IMG/VR virus record: IMGVR_UViG_3300036985_002246
Coordinates: 32,001-96,000 of that record
Source of the DNA: a virus
Strand: one strand, 5' to 3'
DNA length: 64,000 bases
Numbering within the stretch: position 1 is the first letter of the stretch; every line of letters begins with the position of its first letter. Under the pieces are notes generated by a model that was given only the letters and a program-made list of their open reading frames with translations, ran no database searches and was not told the origin of the DNA. This document shows positions 7,981-17,666 of the stretch, in pieces. The position numbers and the translations under genes were made by a program.

Positions 7981-10626
7981 ATGGCCGACAAGACCACCAC
8001 GCCCATGGGCGATTCGATCTCGGGAGCAAAGGTCCGCAGCGGACACCGTGCTTCGCTCTTCGGCGTCCTGGGGGCGTCGAAAATGATCGACATTCACTCC
8101 GGCGGAGTTCACTTCGCCATGAAGGGCCACTTCCCCTACCGGTCCGTGCTCGGCAAGGTGGCCAAGTTCACGGAGAGCGACACGGGGACTCCGACGCGGT
8201 CGAACTTCACGGCGTGGGCCAATGCGATCTCCGTTGAGGGCTCGTCGATCACGCCTGCGATTCAGATCGCAGAGACGGGCGACCTCCTCACGCGCCGCGC
8301 ATACATGGCGCTGATCGGTGGCGCGAACCACGAGGGCTTCCACCGGCTCTACACGGGCCAGGGCTACGCCTCTGCCGAGGACCTCTCCAAGTGTGTGCTC
8401 GACGGCTTCAAGCCTGGGGTGCCCTACCACAAGTACGCCGCGCTGCTGGCTTCGGCGCAAAACTACTTCGAGGACGTGCGGATCGAGCGGATCGGCTGCG
8501 CGGAGTTCCCAGGCGTGTACACGAAAATGGCGGACCTCGCCGACTTCGTGCTCGACCAGGAAGCCCCGGTCCGCACGCAGGACCTCGCCAAGGGTGCCCG
8601 CCCGTCTCCCGCCCGTATCGCTCTCAGCGTGATCCGCGAGGTGGGGCTCGGGTACAACACGATCAAGGCTCGGGAAGCGGTGGCCCACTACCGTCGGGTC
8701 GCACCCGCGATCGTGGACCTCGTCCTCAAGGGTGCGCTCTCCCCCCTCCTTCGGGAGATCATTCCGAGCGTGAAGACGCCCCGAGACATTGACCGCGCCA
8801 AGTCTCAGGTGGGCCTCTCCACGACCCTCGCGCTTCGCTTCATTGCGGCGCTCCATGAGCTTTCGCTCATGCCCCCGCCTCCCCCGCCCGCCCCGCCTCC
8901 GCCCCCCGGCCAAAAGGGGAAGAGCCAGCCCCAGCCCTCGCAGGGCGAGCCCGGTGAGTCTGAGCCGTCCGAGGGTCAGTCGTCAGGCAAGTCGGAAGAC
9001 AAGTCGGAGTCGAAGGACAAGCCGAAGTCCTCGAAGGGCAAGCCTGAGTCGGACGAGGATCCCCAGGACACGTCCGAGAGCAAGCCCTCGAAGGGCAAGG
9101 CGTCCAAGGACGAATCCGACGAGTCCGAGGACGAATCCGACGAGTCCGAGGACGACTCTGACGAGTCCGACGAGAGCAGCGACTCCGAGGGTGCAGACGA
9201 GGGGGGGGACGACCCCAACAAGGATTCGGGCAGCAAGTCTGAGGACGAGTCCGACTCCAAGGACGAGGGTGGGTCCAAGGGTGAGTCCGACGAGGACGAC
9301 TCCGACGAGGACGACTCCGAGGGTGAGAGCGACTCGGACGAGGACTCGGACGACAGGGACTCTGAGGACGACTCCGACGAAGATTCCGACGGCTCTGAGG
9401 GTGGGGACTCCGACGAAGACTCCGAGGACGAGTCCGACGAGGACGGCTCTGAGGGTGACAGCGGTGACTCGGGCTCCGACAGCGAGACCTCAGGGGGCGA
9501 AGCCTCTGACTCGAACGCTGAGGTCGAGGGCGGCGGCGGTGCTGGTGGCAAGGCTCCGGAAGATCCGGGCGCGACGGCTGCCGACATTCTCAACTCTGAT
9601 ACGAAGGGAATGCAGGACTACGCCTCTGCCCTGGAGGCGGCTGTCAAGGAGGCTCTCAAGGGTGAGGACAAGTCCATGGGGCATGGTGAGCAGCCCTACC
9701 GCCCCTACACGACGGAAGGTGATCGGGTCGAGGTAGTCTCAGGGGACGTTGGGTCTGGACGGGCCATGATCAGTCGGCTCGTCAAGGAGACCAAGCGTGA
9801 GACTTCGTTCCTCCGGTCCAAGCTCCGCACCATGTTCAAGGCGCTCGAAGACGGCTCGCGTCTCCACGGTGTCCGGAAGGGTAGCAACCTCTCTGAGCGG
9901 TTCCTCGTGGACACGCTCACCTCGATCCGAGCAGGACAGGAACCCTCGCGGGCCTTCCACGAGGACACCACGTCCATGGACACCTCGATCTCGGCGTGCG
10001 TCGTGATCGACGAGTCGGGCTCCATGCAGTCGAAGCTCAAGGAGACGAGTGCAATCCTCTACTCGCTGGGTGAGGCTCTGGACTCGATCGACGCGAAGTT
10101 CTCTATGGTCGGATTCCGGGACGGCTATGATACCAAGATCTACGCCCAGGTCCAGGGCAGCATAACCCGCGACGAGCGGTCGAACGGCAGCTACCACCGC
10201 ATGGGCGAGTCGATCGTGTTCGACGTGTTCAAGACCTTCGAGGACCGGTTCAAGACCGTGTCTTGGCGGCTCGGCAAGGTGCGCGCAACGGGCGGCACGC
10301 CCATGGCGGACGGGGTCGAGTTCGCCCTCGACGCTCTCTCGAAGCGCCGCGAGGGTCACCGGATCATGTTCGTTGTCACGGACGGTCAGCCTGACCCGCG
10401 CCACGCGAGCGTGCTCAAGGGCCAGGTTCGCCGCGCCCAGGAAGCCGGGATCCACGTCATTGGGATCGGCCTTGGATACGGGTCCGAGTACGTCACGACG
10501 ACGTTCCCGGACAGCGTGTACGCTCCCCGGCTCGACAAGATCCCGGCTCTCCTGGTCGCCAAGCTCCACGAGCGGGTCCGGAAGATTGGGGTCTCCAAGC
10601 GGGGTACGAAGGTCAAGGCTTCGTGA
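7981..10626 (+). CDS. CobT-like VWA domain protein with N-terminal HExxH domain and long acidic linker
   Basis: ANHEGFH, NYFEDVRIE, Asp/Glu/Ser-rich segment ~9000-9530, MIDAS VIDESGSM, GGTP, VTDGQP. Confidence 0.85.
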   Translation: MADKTTTPMGDSISGAKVRSGHRASLFGVLGASKMIDIHSGGVHFAMKGHFPYRSVLGKVAKFTESDTGTPTRSNFTAWANAISVEGSSITPAIQIAETGDLLTRRAYMALIGGANHEGFHRLYTGQGYASAEDLSKCVLDGFKPGVPYHKYAALLASAQNYFEDVRIERIGCAEFPGVYTKMADLADFVLDQEAPVRTQDLAKGARPSPARIALSVIREVGLGYNTIKAREAVAHYRRVAPAIVDLVLKGALSPLLREIIPSVKTPRDIDRAKSQVGLSTTLALRFIAALHELSLMPPPPPPAPPPPPGQKGKSQPQPSQGEPGESEPSEGQSSGKSEDKSESKDKPKSSKGKPESDEDPQDTSESKPSKGKASKDESDESEDESDESEDDSDESDESSDSEGADEGGDDPNKDSGSKSEDESDSKDEGGSKGESDEDDSDEDDSEGESDSDEDSDDRDSEDDSDEDSDGSEGGDSDEDSEDESDEDGSEGDSGDSGSDSETSGGEASDSNAEVEGGGGAGGKAPEDPGATAADILNSDTKGMQDYASALEAAVKEALKGEDKSMGHGEQPYRPYTTEGDRVEVVSGDVGSGRAMISRLVKETKRETSFLRSKLRTMFKALEDGSRLHGVRKGSNLSERFLVDTLTSIRAGQEPSRAFHEDTTSMDTSISACVVIDESGSMQSKLKETSAILYSLGEALDSIDAKFSMVGFRDGYDTKIYAQVQGSITRDERSNGSYHRMGESIVFDVFKTFEDRFKTVSWRLGKVRATGGTPMADGVEFALDALSKRREGHRIMFVVTDGQPDPRHASVLKGQVRRAQEAGIHVIGIGLGYGSEYVTTTFPDSVYAPRLDKIPALLVAKLHERVRKIGVSKRGTKVKAS

Positions 10627-10632
10627 GCTTGG

Positions 10633-10667
10633 CAGGCAGGGCCGGAAGACCAATCCGGCCCTGCCTG
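10633..10667 (+). terminator. GC-rich hairpin after the VWA gene
   Basis: caggcagggccgga...tccggccctgcctg inverted repeat followed by a pyrimidine run. Confidence 0.6.
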
Positions 10668-10689
10668 TTCTCTTCGGGTAGAGTCCAGC

Positions 10690-11181
10690 GTGCGTGTATG
10701 CCCTGACTGCGGTCTGTCCTATCAAGACCCGAAGACCACTTCGGAGAAGAACGCTCCGTTCGTCTGCACCGCCTGTCTGAAGCAGGCGTCTCCGCGTCCC
10801 CCAGGTGGGTGGCCGATCGAGGCTCGCTGGATCAGCCAGGCGAAGGGCCGGGGCGTCTTTGCCACCCGCGAGATTCTTCGGGGTGACCTGATCGAGCGGT
10901 GCTGGGTCATGCCCCTGCCCGCCGACGAGTCCAAGCAGACCCTCACGATCCCCACGGTCAACCGCTACCTCTTCCCGTGGACCGACGGGCAGCGGGCAAT
11001 ACTCTCGGGGGAGGGGCTCCTCTACAACTTCGATTCGGTGGAAGCCACCAAGAAGGCCCCCAACTCGGAGTGTGCCCTTCGTCGAGGGATCTCCGCCGTC
11101 GAGTTCCGCGCCCTGAGGGACATTCGCGAGGGTGAGGAGATCACCTGGAACTACAAGAAGGCCATGGTGCGGCGTCGCTAG
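10690..11181 (+). CDS. SET domain protein with N-terminal Zn ribbon
   Basis: KGRGVFATREILRGD, LYNF..., FRALRDIREGEEITWNY; CPDC...CTAC. Confidence 0.85.
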   Translation: MRVCPDCGLSYQDPKTTSEKNAPFVCTACLKQASPRPPGGWPIEARWISQAKGRGVFATREILRGDLIERCWVMPLPADESKQTLTIPTVNRYLFPWTDGQRAILSGEGLLYNFDSVEATKKAPNSECALRRGISAVEFRALRDIREGEEITWNYKKAMVRRR

Positions 11182-11204
11182 GCTCTCTATCCCGAGGACA
11201 GGTC

Positions 11205-11669
11205 GTGGAACCCACCAACGCTGCCAACCAGTCCCTGCTCGTGCAGTTGCTCGCAATCCTTCGTGCGATCCATTGGGCGCACTGGACAGCGCACTGGCAG
11301 GTCAAGGGCACACCGTCCTACGGGGACCACCTGCTCTTCGAGCGGCTCTACTCGGGCCTCGCCGGGGACATTGACAGCCTCGCTGAGAAGATCGTCGCCT
11401 ACTTCGGCGTCGAGGCTGTGTCGGCTGCACCGAACCTGGGGATCGCCCACCAGTTCCTCGTCGCCTACGACGCGGAGGGGGACACAGACGTGTACCTGCG
11501 GGCGCTGAAAATGGAGCTTCACCTCCAGAACGCCCTCAAGCGGGTCTACACGCAGATCGAGGCGTCGGGGGAAATGAGCCTGGGGCTCGACGACTTCCTC
11601 ATGGCGCTGGCCAACTCGCACGAGACGAACGTCTACCTGCTCCGTCAGCGGCTCCGCCCCTCAGTCTGA
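11205..11669 (+). CDS. Dps/ferritin-like four-helix-bundle protein
   Basis: HWTAHWQVKG...HLLFERLY...DSLAEK ferroxidase-like pattern. Confidence 0.8.
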   Translation: MEPTNAANQSLLVQLLAILRAIHWAHWTAHWQVKGTPSYGDHLLFERLYSGLAGDIDSLAEKIVAYFGVEAVSAAPNLGIAHQFLVAYDAEGDTDVYLRALKMELHLQNALKRVYTQIEASGEMSLGLDDFLMALANSHETNVYLLRQRLRPSV

Positions 11670-12287
11670 GGTCGGACCAACGACACCGGTCAGGTTCGCG
11701 ATCGTGTCCGCGACGGCCTTGGGAAGTTCTTGGCCGTACTGGTCTGCCGGGAGCCTGAACCTCCCGCCTTCGGTGTTGCCGTTCTTGTCGAGGCTCCTGG
11801 AGAACTCGTCCATGACTGTGTGGAGGAAGTGCCAGACCTCTGGTTGAGCTTGGGCCAGGGGGTCTCCCTTCTTCGCCCAGGCCAGGGTCCGAGCACGGAC
11901 CACGAGCGCGAACATTTCCTTCGGCTTCAGGCTGCACCAGAGGATCACCTTGGTGCCAGCCGGGGAGAGTTGGTTTGTCTCGGGATTGAGGTGAGCCTCC
12001 AACACCCGCTTGAAAAGCTCGTTCCGAGTGAGGGTCTTGCCGACGTACACCTCCGGGAACATTGGGCTCCACAGCCCGCTCTCGTAGGAGGACATGAGGT
12101 AGTTCGACCCGTGGAGCAGCCAGTACTCGTACCCGGTCTTCGGGCTCGTGGTGAAGTGAACGAGCGAGGTGTTCTTCTTCGCCTTGAACTGGACGGCCTC
12201 GCGAGCCCGCTCAATCTGACGGTCCTTGGTTCGAGCGAGAGCCTTCTTGGCACGGGCGTTGGCCTTCTGCGCCTTGTTCTTCGTCAT
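11661..12287 (-). CDS. hypothetical protein
   Basis: MTKNKAQKANARAKK... (start trimmed from the 442-aa track ORF). Confidence 0.6.
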   Translation of the reverse strand: MTKNKAQKANARAKKALARTKDRQIERAREAVQFKAKKNTSLVHFTTSPKTGYEYWLLHGSNYLMSSYESGLWSPMFPEVYVGKTLTRNELFKRVLEAHLNPETNQLSPAGTKVILWCSLKPKEMFALVVRARTLAWAKKGDPLAQAQPEVWHFLHTVMDEFSRSLDKNGNTEGGRFRLPADQYGQELPKAVADTIANLTGVVGPTSD

Positions 12288-12320
12288 TGGTCCACGATAC
12301 CGTTGCGCGTAAGGTAGGAC

Positions 12321-13898
12321 GTGCCCAAGTCCAACCCCGTCCTGAGCCAGCCTCGTGTGTGGCGGCTCCTTTCGAGCGGGGTCCATGAGGTCGCTCAGGT
12401 TGTCTCCCGGACGTTCGGCCCACAGGGCGGGAAGGTCATGGTCCAGAAGGCGGGCTCCGTCCTGGTCACGACCGACGGGGCGGCCCTCACCCGAGAGAGT
12501 CAGCTTGCTGGGGGCAAGCGCCTGGGGGCGACTCTCGTTCGGTCGGCGGCTCTCAAGACTGAGGAGCAGGTCGGGGACGGGACTTCCACGACGGTGCTCC
12601 TGGCGGACGCGATCGTCCGCCAGATCGGGGCTCGGGTCGGCACCTACGATTGGGACCCGGTTCGGGTGGTCGCTGAGGTCCGGGCAGCACACGAGAGCGC
12701 AGAGCAAGCGATCCGCCAGTCGTCTCGCCCTGCGGACCGGGCGAGCTTGGACCGGGTCGCGCTCATGGCCTCCCACGAGGACTCGCTCATTGCCTCGAAG
12801 GTCGTCGAGGCTGTTCTTGCCGTCGGTGAAGAAGGCTCGGTCGTGATCTCCCCCTACGAAGGGACGGGGATCGTGCTCGAACAGAAGGAGGGGCTCTACC
12901 TCAATCAGGGGTGGGCCTCGTCCGGAATGGCTTCCGAGGGCAGCCTGGAGCGGGAAATGGACGGGCCGCTCGTGGCCGTGTTCCGGCACATTCTTCGCCA
13001 GGTCGCGGACGTTGCCCCGGCCATGGAGCAGGCGAGTCAGTGGCCTGGCCGAGGTCTCGTCGTGTTCGCGCCCCGAGTCCAGGGGGACGCCCTGAAGACC
13101 CTCCTGGTCAACAACAAGAACGGGGTGCTGCCGTGCGCTGCCGTCGAGTACGCGGGGTCACCGGCTGACCTGGGGGATTGGCTCGACGACCTCACGACGG
13201 TCACGAACGCCACCCTCGTGGACCCGGACACGGGAATGGACCCAGCGAAGTTCGAGGCCCCGTGGCTGGGCTACGCTCGGCGGGTCACCCTCACGAGGGA
13301 CCACACGCTCGTGATCTCGTACCTCGACGAGGACATTCTCGCCAAGATCGACCAGCGGGCCGCCAACCTCCGGGCTCGGGCCGAGAGTTCTTCGTACCCC
13401 TTCGAGCGGGACCGGCTGACTGAGCGGGCCTCTGCGCTCGACGGGGGGCTCTGCACACTGAGGGTGGGTGGTCTGACGAAGCAGGAGGGTCAGGACCGGC
13501 GCTCCCGCGTCGAGGACTCCTTGCGGGCCGTGCAGACGTGCTTGCGGGGCGGGGTGGTCCCAGGAGCCGGGCTGGCGTTCTTCCGAGCGGCTCTGTGGCT
13601 CCCTCAGGACGAGGGTGGGGCGATCCTTGGGGAGGCCCTCCGATCGATCCTGGGGACACTGGCAACCAGAGCCGGGGTTGAGCCTGCGGTGGTGGTCGCC
13701 CAAGGGTTCGAGGTCGCTCTGTATGACCCGGACGGTTGGTTCGGGTACGACCCGCTCCTGGGAGATTGGCGTGACCTCTGGGCTGAGCCCAGGGTCGTGG
13801 ACCCGACCGAGGTTGCGCTAGCGGCCCTGCGCAACGCTGTCTCCGTGGCGTGTCAGATCGCCCTGTGCGGAGGGGTGCTCCCAATCTCAAGCCGCTAG
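12321..13898 (+). CDS. groEL: chaperonin GroEL-like protein
   Basis: TFGPQGGKV, TTDGA, VGDGTSTT, RVEDSLRA...GVVPGAG, VVDP. Confidence 0.92.
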   Translation: MPKSNPVLSQPRVWRLLSSGVHEVAQVVSRTFGPQGGKVMVQKAGSVLVTTDGAALTRESQLAGGKRLGATLVRSAALKTEEQVGDGTSTTVLLADAIVRQIGARVGTYDWDPVRVVAEVRAAHESAEQAIRQSSRPADRASLDRVALMASHEDSLIASKVVEAVLAVGEEGSVVISPYEGTGIVLEQKEGLYLNQGWASSGMASEGSLEREMDGPLVAVFRHILRQVADVAPAMEQASQWPGRGLVVFAPRVQGDALKTLLVNNKNGVLPCAAVEYAGSPADLGDWLDDLTTVTNATLVDPDTGMDPAKFEAPWLGYARRVTLTRDHTLVISYLDEDILAKIDQRAANLRARAESSSYPFERDRLTERASALDGGLCTLRVGGLTKQEGQDRRSRVEDSLRAVQTCLRGGVVPGAGLAFFRAALWLPQDEGGAILGEALRSILGTLATRAGVEPAVVVAQGFEVALYDPDGWFGYDPLLGDWRDLWAEPRVVDPTEVALAALRNAVSVACQIALCGGVLPISSR

Positions 13899-13919
13899 GT
13901 CTGTTATGACCGTCAGTGG

Positions 13920-14216
13920 TTGAGACTTACCTTGGAGACGCCTGAGTCCAAACGGAAGTATCAGGTCATTGCTGAGAATGTGGACGCAGCCGCAGACCAG
14001 ATACTCGAAGCAGCGAAGACCCGCGACCCCGTCAGGGTCAAGGCGGTCCTCATGTATTGGTTCAGCATTGTCTACGACGAAGGCATGGACCGTATCGAGC
14101 AGGTTGAGCAGGAGATTGAGCTTCTCCAGCAGATCGTCCTCAGGCTCAAGTCGAAGAGCACTCCCACCCGACCCCCACCGTCCATGCTGCCGCCCGTAGG
14201 TCCTGAAGATGAGTGA
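13920..14216 (+). CDS. hypothetical protein
   Basis: 98-aa ORF overlapping the next start. Confidence 0.5.
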   Translation: MRLTLETPESKRKYQVIAENVDAAADQILEAAKTRDPVRVKAVLMYWFSIVYDEGMDRIEQVEQEIELLQQIVLRLKSKSTPTRPPPSMLPPVGPEDE

Positions 14217-15882
14217 TACCTTCGTCTCGGCGATCGGAGCCACCCCGGAGAGCGCCCGAACTCAGATTGGGGCGATCGGTCCGTCGTCGGAGGTGGTGCC
14301 TCTGGTCGGCCAGGTGCTGACCTGGAACGGCGTGGTCTGGGTGCCAGCAGGTCCTGGTGGTAGCTCGGTGACCACCCAGGCCAACTTCACGGTCCGACCT
14401 GCGGGTCCGTTCGGATCGGGGGTGTACCCGGACTGGGCGTCCATGTACCTCGACCTGTCCCTCTCGGCACCGGGGGTCAAGTGGATCTTGATCGACAGTC
14501 CTGGCGTGCCGGTCCAAGTCCCGGTGGGCACCTACAACCTCTCGGGGTGTGTCCTCTCCGGAGTCTGGGAGGGTGCCTTGCCCTCGCTCCTGACGACCCA
14601 GACCGGGGCGATTCTCACCGAGCTTCATGCGGTCGCGAACCGGCTTCAGATCGTCAACGAGGGGACGACCTCCCCGATCACGATCTCGTCCCTGACTAGC
14701 TCGACGCTCGCGGTCCAGTTCGAGGCTCAGGTCCGGTCGGCTGTTGGAGCCGCCCCCTTCTTCAATCTCCTGAGCGGGTCAAGCCTGAAGGTCTACGGCC
14801 TGGAGGGCGGGCAGGTCGGCGACATTGGCCTGCCGGTCGTCAAGCTCGGCACCAGCGCAGTCCTGAGTGCGCTGCTCTACAACCAGTCAGGCTTCGCACC
14901 TGACTGCGTGGACCCGACGAGCCAGGCAAGTTCTTCGGTCACGGTCGCTGCGGACGCCGGGTCGTTCGACGAGACACTCACCCAGGTCGGGTATACGGGC
15001 ACCTACGCCCTGACGCAGATCGACCTGGCCTCAGGGGTCGGCTACGACGACCTCGCGGTAGCCCCGCCTCTTGGGGTGACAGACGTTCAGGGTGCGCTCG
15101 ACGCGCTCAAGATTGCGAGCGTCGGGGTCAACGGAAGCTCGGCGATCTGGCGAGGCGTGGGTGCTCCTGTGGGAGCCGGGATCTTCAACACCTGGGCGGA
15201 CCTGTTCGCCTGGGCGCAGTCGGCTCCGGGCTACAAGAAGGTCTACCTCGACTCGACGTTCGGCCCGCTCGTCGTGGACTCCGGGGTGTGGTCGTTCACC
15301 GACCCAGTGGAGTTCGTGGGCTCGCCCCTGCCGCCCCGGACGGCAGTGACCTTCAACGAGGCGAGCTTCCACAACACCTGGAAGTGGTCCAACGTCCAGT
15401 TCCTCGTCCTCAACACGGTCGGCCCTCCGTTCGGAGCGTTCCCCGAGACGATCGAGTTCGACAACTGCGAGGTCGTCCTGAGCGGTGGTGCCCAGCCGTT
15501 CATTCGGAGCCTCACGGCTGCCCTCGAAATCACGTTCACTCGCATGGCCGTCGCCCCGACGACGCAGCTTGTCTTCGACCTCCAGCCGACGGCGGCTCCT
15601 GGGATCATTCGGCTCAAGGACGGAACCACGGTAGCCTTCAACAGCTTCTCGACGGCGATCCCGACGACGCTGACGATCTACGTGGACTCCTCCTGCACCT
15701 ACCTGACCCAGTTCTTCGTCTTCGGGACGCTGATCCTGATCCAATCGAGCGCGGCGAGCGCCGTGGCCTACGTCCCAGGGAACGCCGCGAACTGGGTCGC
15801 TCCCGCCCCTACCAACGTGAGCGAAGCCCTCGACCGGCTGGCAGCAGCCAACGTCGCCAACGGCTTCGGCCCTGTCCCCTGA
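14209..15882 (+). CDS. putative virion structural/fibre protein with an internal duplicated domain
   Basis: GQVLTWNGVVWVP motif; two copies of W..(M/L)(Y/F)...SAPG.K.(I/V).(I/L)DS. Confidence 0.55.
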   Translation: MSDTFVSAIGATPESARTQIGAIGPSSEVVPLVGQVLTWNGVVWVPAGPGGSSVTTQANFTVRPAGPFGSGVYPDWASMYLDLSLSAPGVKWILIDSPGVPVQVPVGTYNLSGCVLSGVWEGALPSLLTTQTGAILTELHAVANRLQIVNEGTTSPITISSLTSSTLAVQFEAQVRSAVGAAPFFNLLSGSSLKVYGLEGGQVGDIGLPVVKLGTSAVLSALLYNQSGFAPDCVDPTSQASSSVTVAADAGSFDETLTQVGYTGTYALTQIDLASGVGYDDLAVAPPLGVTDVQGALDALKIASVGVNGSSAIWRGVGAPVGAGIFNTWADLFAWAQSAPGYKKVYLDSTFGPLVVDSGVWSFTDPVEFVGSPLPPRTAVTFNEASFHNTWKWSNVQFLVLNTVGPPFGAFPETIEFDNCEVVLSGGAQPFIRSLTAALEITFTRMAVAPTTQLVFDLQPTAAPGIIRLKDGTTVAFNSFSTAIPTTLTIYVDSSCTYLTQFFVFGTLILIQSSAASAVAYVPGNAANWVAPAPTNVSEALDRLAAANVANGFGPVP

Positions 15883-15895
15883 TCGGAGAGGTTGC

Positions 15896-16582
15896 ATGGC
15901 AAACGTCACCTTCCTGGACCTGACCCACGAGGCGAAGAACCCCCCTCCCCCGAAGCTCTCGAAGGGGGTCAACGTCAGCATTTGCAGGACGGTTGGTGGG
16001 AAGGTGGTCGTCCGCGACCCGAAGACGGTCACTGGGATCGGGATTCACCAGACGGCCTGCGTCTTCGGTCCCATGGACGACCCCACAGCCCGGCACCGCA
16101 GGGCGCTCAACGTGCCGATCCATGCCCTGGCGTTCCGGGACGGTGTGGTGGCAACCCCGTACCCGCTCCCCTGGTTCATGTACCACGGGAACTACCTCAA
16201 TCAGTTCACCTACGGGCTGGAGATCGAAGGGCACTACCCCGGCCTGCTCGACGACCCGACGACCCCGAAGCGTGAGGACGAGCAGACGACGTGGGGTGGC
16301 GGTGCAACCCCGCTCGACGACCTGACGATCGAGACAGCACGGGCGGCAATCAAGTACCTCTACGAGGAGGGCATGAAGCTCGGCTCACCCCTCCAGTACG
16401 TCTGGGCTCACCGGCAGGCCAGCAGCACACGGCAGTCGGACCCAGGTGCCGGAATCTGGAAGCACGTCGTCCTCGACTACGCAGTCGCCGTCTTGGGGCT
16501 CAAGACCCAGCCAAGTCGGACCTGGCCAGGTGGAATGCCTATCCCTTCCGCTTGGGAACCGGGCGCGACCGGAAAGTACTGA
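15896..16582 (+). CDS. N-acetylmuramoyl-L-alanine amidase (Amidase_2-like), putative endolysin
   Basis: IGIHQTA, IHA, GLEIEG, WAHRQ...SDPG Zn-ligand spacing. Confidence 0.75.
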   Translation: MANVTFLDLTHEAKNPPPPKLSKGVNVSICRTVGGKVVVRDPKTVTGIGIHQTACVFGPMDDPTARHRRALNVPIHALAFRDGVVATPYPLPWFMYHGNYLNQFTYGLEIEGHYPGLLDDPTTPKREDEQTTWGGGATPLDDLTIETARAAIKYLYEEGMKLGSPLQYVWAHRQASSTRQSDPGAGIWKHVVLDYAVAVLGLKTQPSRTWPGGMPIPSAWEPGATGKY

Positions 16583-16585
16583 CCC

Positions 16586-17617
16586 ATGACCATGAAGACA
16601 GCCAAGGCTGAGATCACCCCAATCCGGCAACGCACCCAGTACTCCTGCATGGCCGCCTCACTCAGCATGGCGCTGGAGGCACAGGGGGCCAAGTTCGAGG
16701 AGGACACGATCAATGAGGTCATGGGGGCGAGGCCCATGCAGGGGGCGACCTGGGAGCAAGCGATCGGTGCGGCCCAGCACTTCGGAATGCGGGCCACGCT
16801 CGTATCCCCGTGCGCCCTGAGCCAACTCAAGGAGTGGACCGACCGGGGGATCGCCGTCATGATCGCGTGGAATCCCGAGGGCCGGGAGTGGTCGCACGCC
16901 TCGTGCGTGTTCGACGTGGACGACGACTGGAACGTCCACGTCGCCGACCCGAACATTCCGGACCCGGACCAGACCGTTCGGGTTGTCACGAGGGAAGAGT
17001 TCCTGAAGAAGTGGTTCGAGAAGTGGCCGAGGTACCTCGTGCGACGGTGTGCCCTCGCGATCGAGCGGGAGATCACCAAGGACGGTCGCCAGGTCATGGC
17101 AAGCTCCAAGACCTCCGCCTCGAAGGTCGCCGACCTGTTCCTCGCGTCTGAGGACGACCGGGTGGACGACGAGTACGAGTACGAGGACGTGCGCCTGGAG
17201 TACGCCCCGCAGAGCGAGGTCGAGTACGACTCCGCGCACATTGCGAACGACACCCCGAAGACGCTTCTCGGGGACATGGGCAGCATGAGGCTGTACCTCG
17301 TGGACGGGAACTACGTCCGCAACCATATCGACATTGACTTCGTCGCTGGCGGCAACCCTGCCCGGTACGCCTACTGCCCTGCGGGTGAACTGTGGGTGGA
17401 GGAGCTTGGTGGGGACGCCGACTTGGCGGCCACGGCCATGCACGAGTTCCACGAGTACATTCTCATGGGCGAGCAGGGTGAGTCCTACGAGACGGCGCAC
17501 GACAAGTCGTCCGAGGTGGAGAAGGGGTTCCGGCTCTGGCTGGAGGAGCACCCCAACCTGGACCTGCCGACCATGCTTCAGATCGCCACGAAGGTGGCCA
17601 TGACCAACCTCGACTGA
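16586..17617 (+). CDS. peptidase C39-like domain fused to an HExxE-containing domain
   Basis: RQRTQYSCMAAS, WSHASCV, VADPN; C-terminal MHEFHE. Confidence 0.7.
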   Translation: MTMKTAKAEITPIRQRTQYSCMAASLSMALEAQGAKFEEDTINEVMGARPMQGATWEQAIGAAQHFGMRATLVSPCALSQLKEWTDRGIAVMIAWNPEGREWSHASCVFDVDDDWNVHVADPNIPDPDQTVRVVTREEFLKKWFEKWPRYLVRRCALAIEREITKDGRQVMASSKTSASKVADLFLASEDDRVDDEYEYEDVRLEYAPQSEVEYDSAHIANDTPKTLLGDMGSMRLYLVDGNYVRNHIDIDFVAGGNPARYAYCPAGELWVEELGGDADLAATAMHEFHEYILMGEQGESYETAHDKSSEVEKGFRLWLEEHPNLDLPTMLQIATKVAMTNLD

Positions 17618-17666
17618 GCGCCCGAGCGTTCAGCTAGCCCCTCTATAGTTTCGGAGAGAAGCTACA

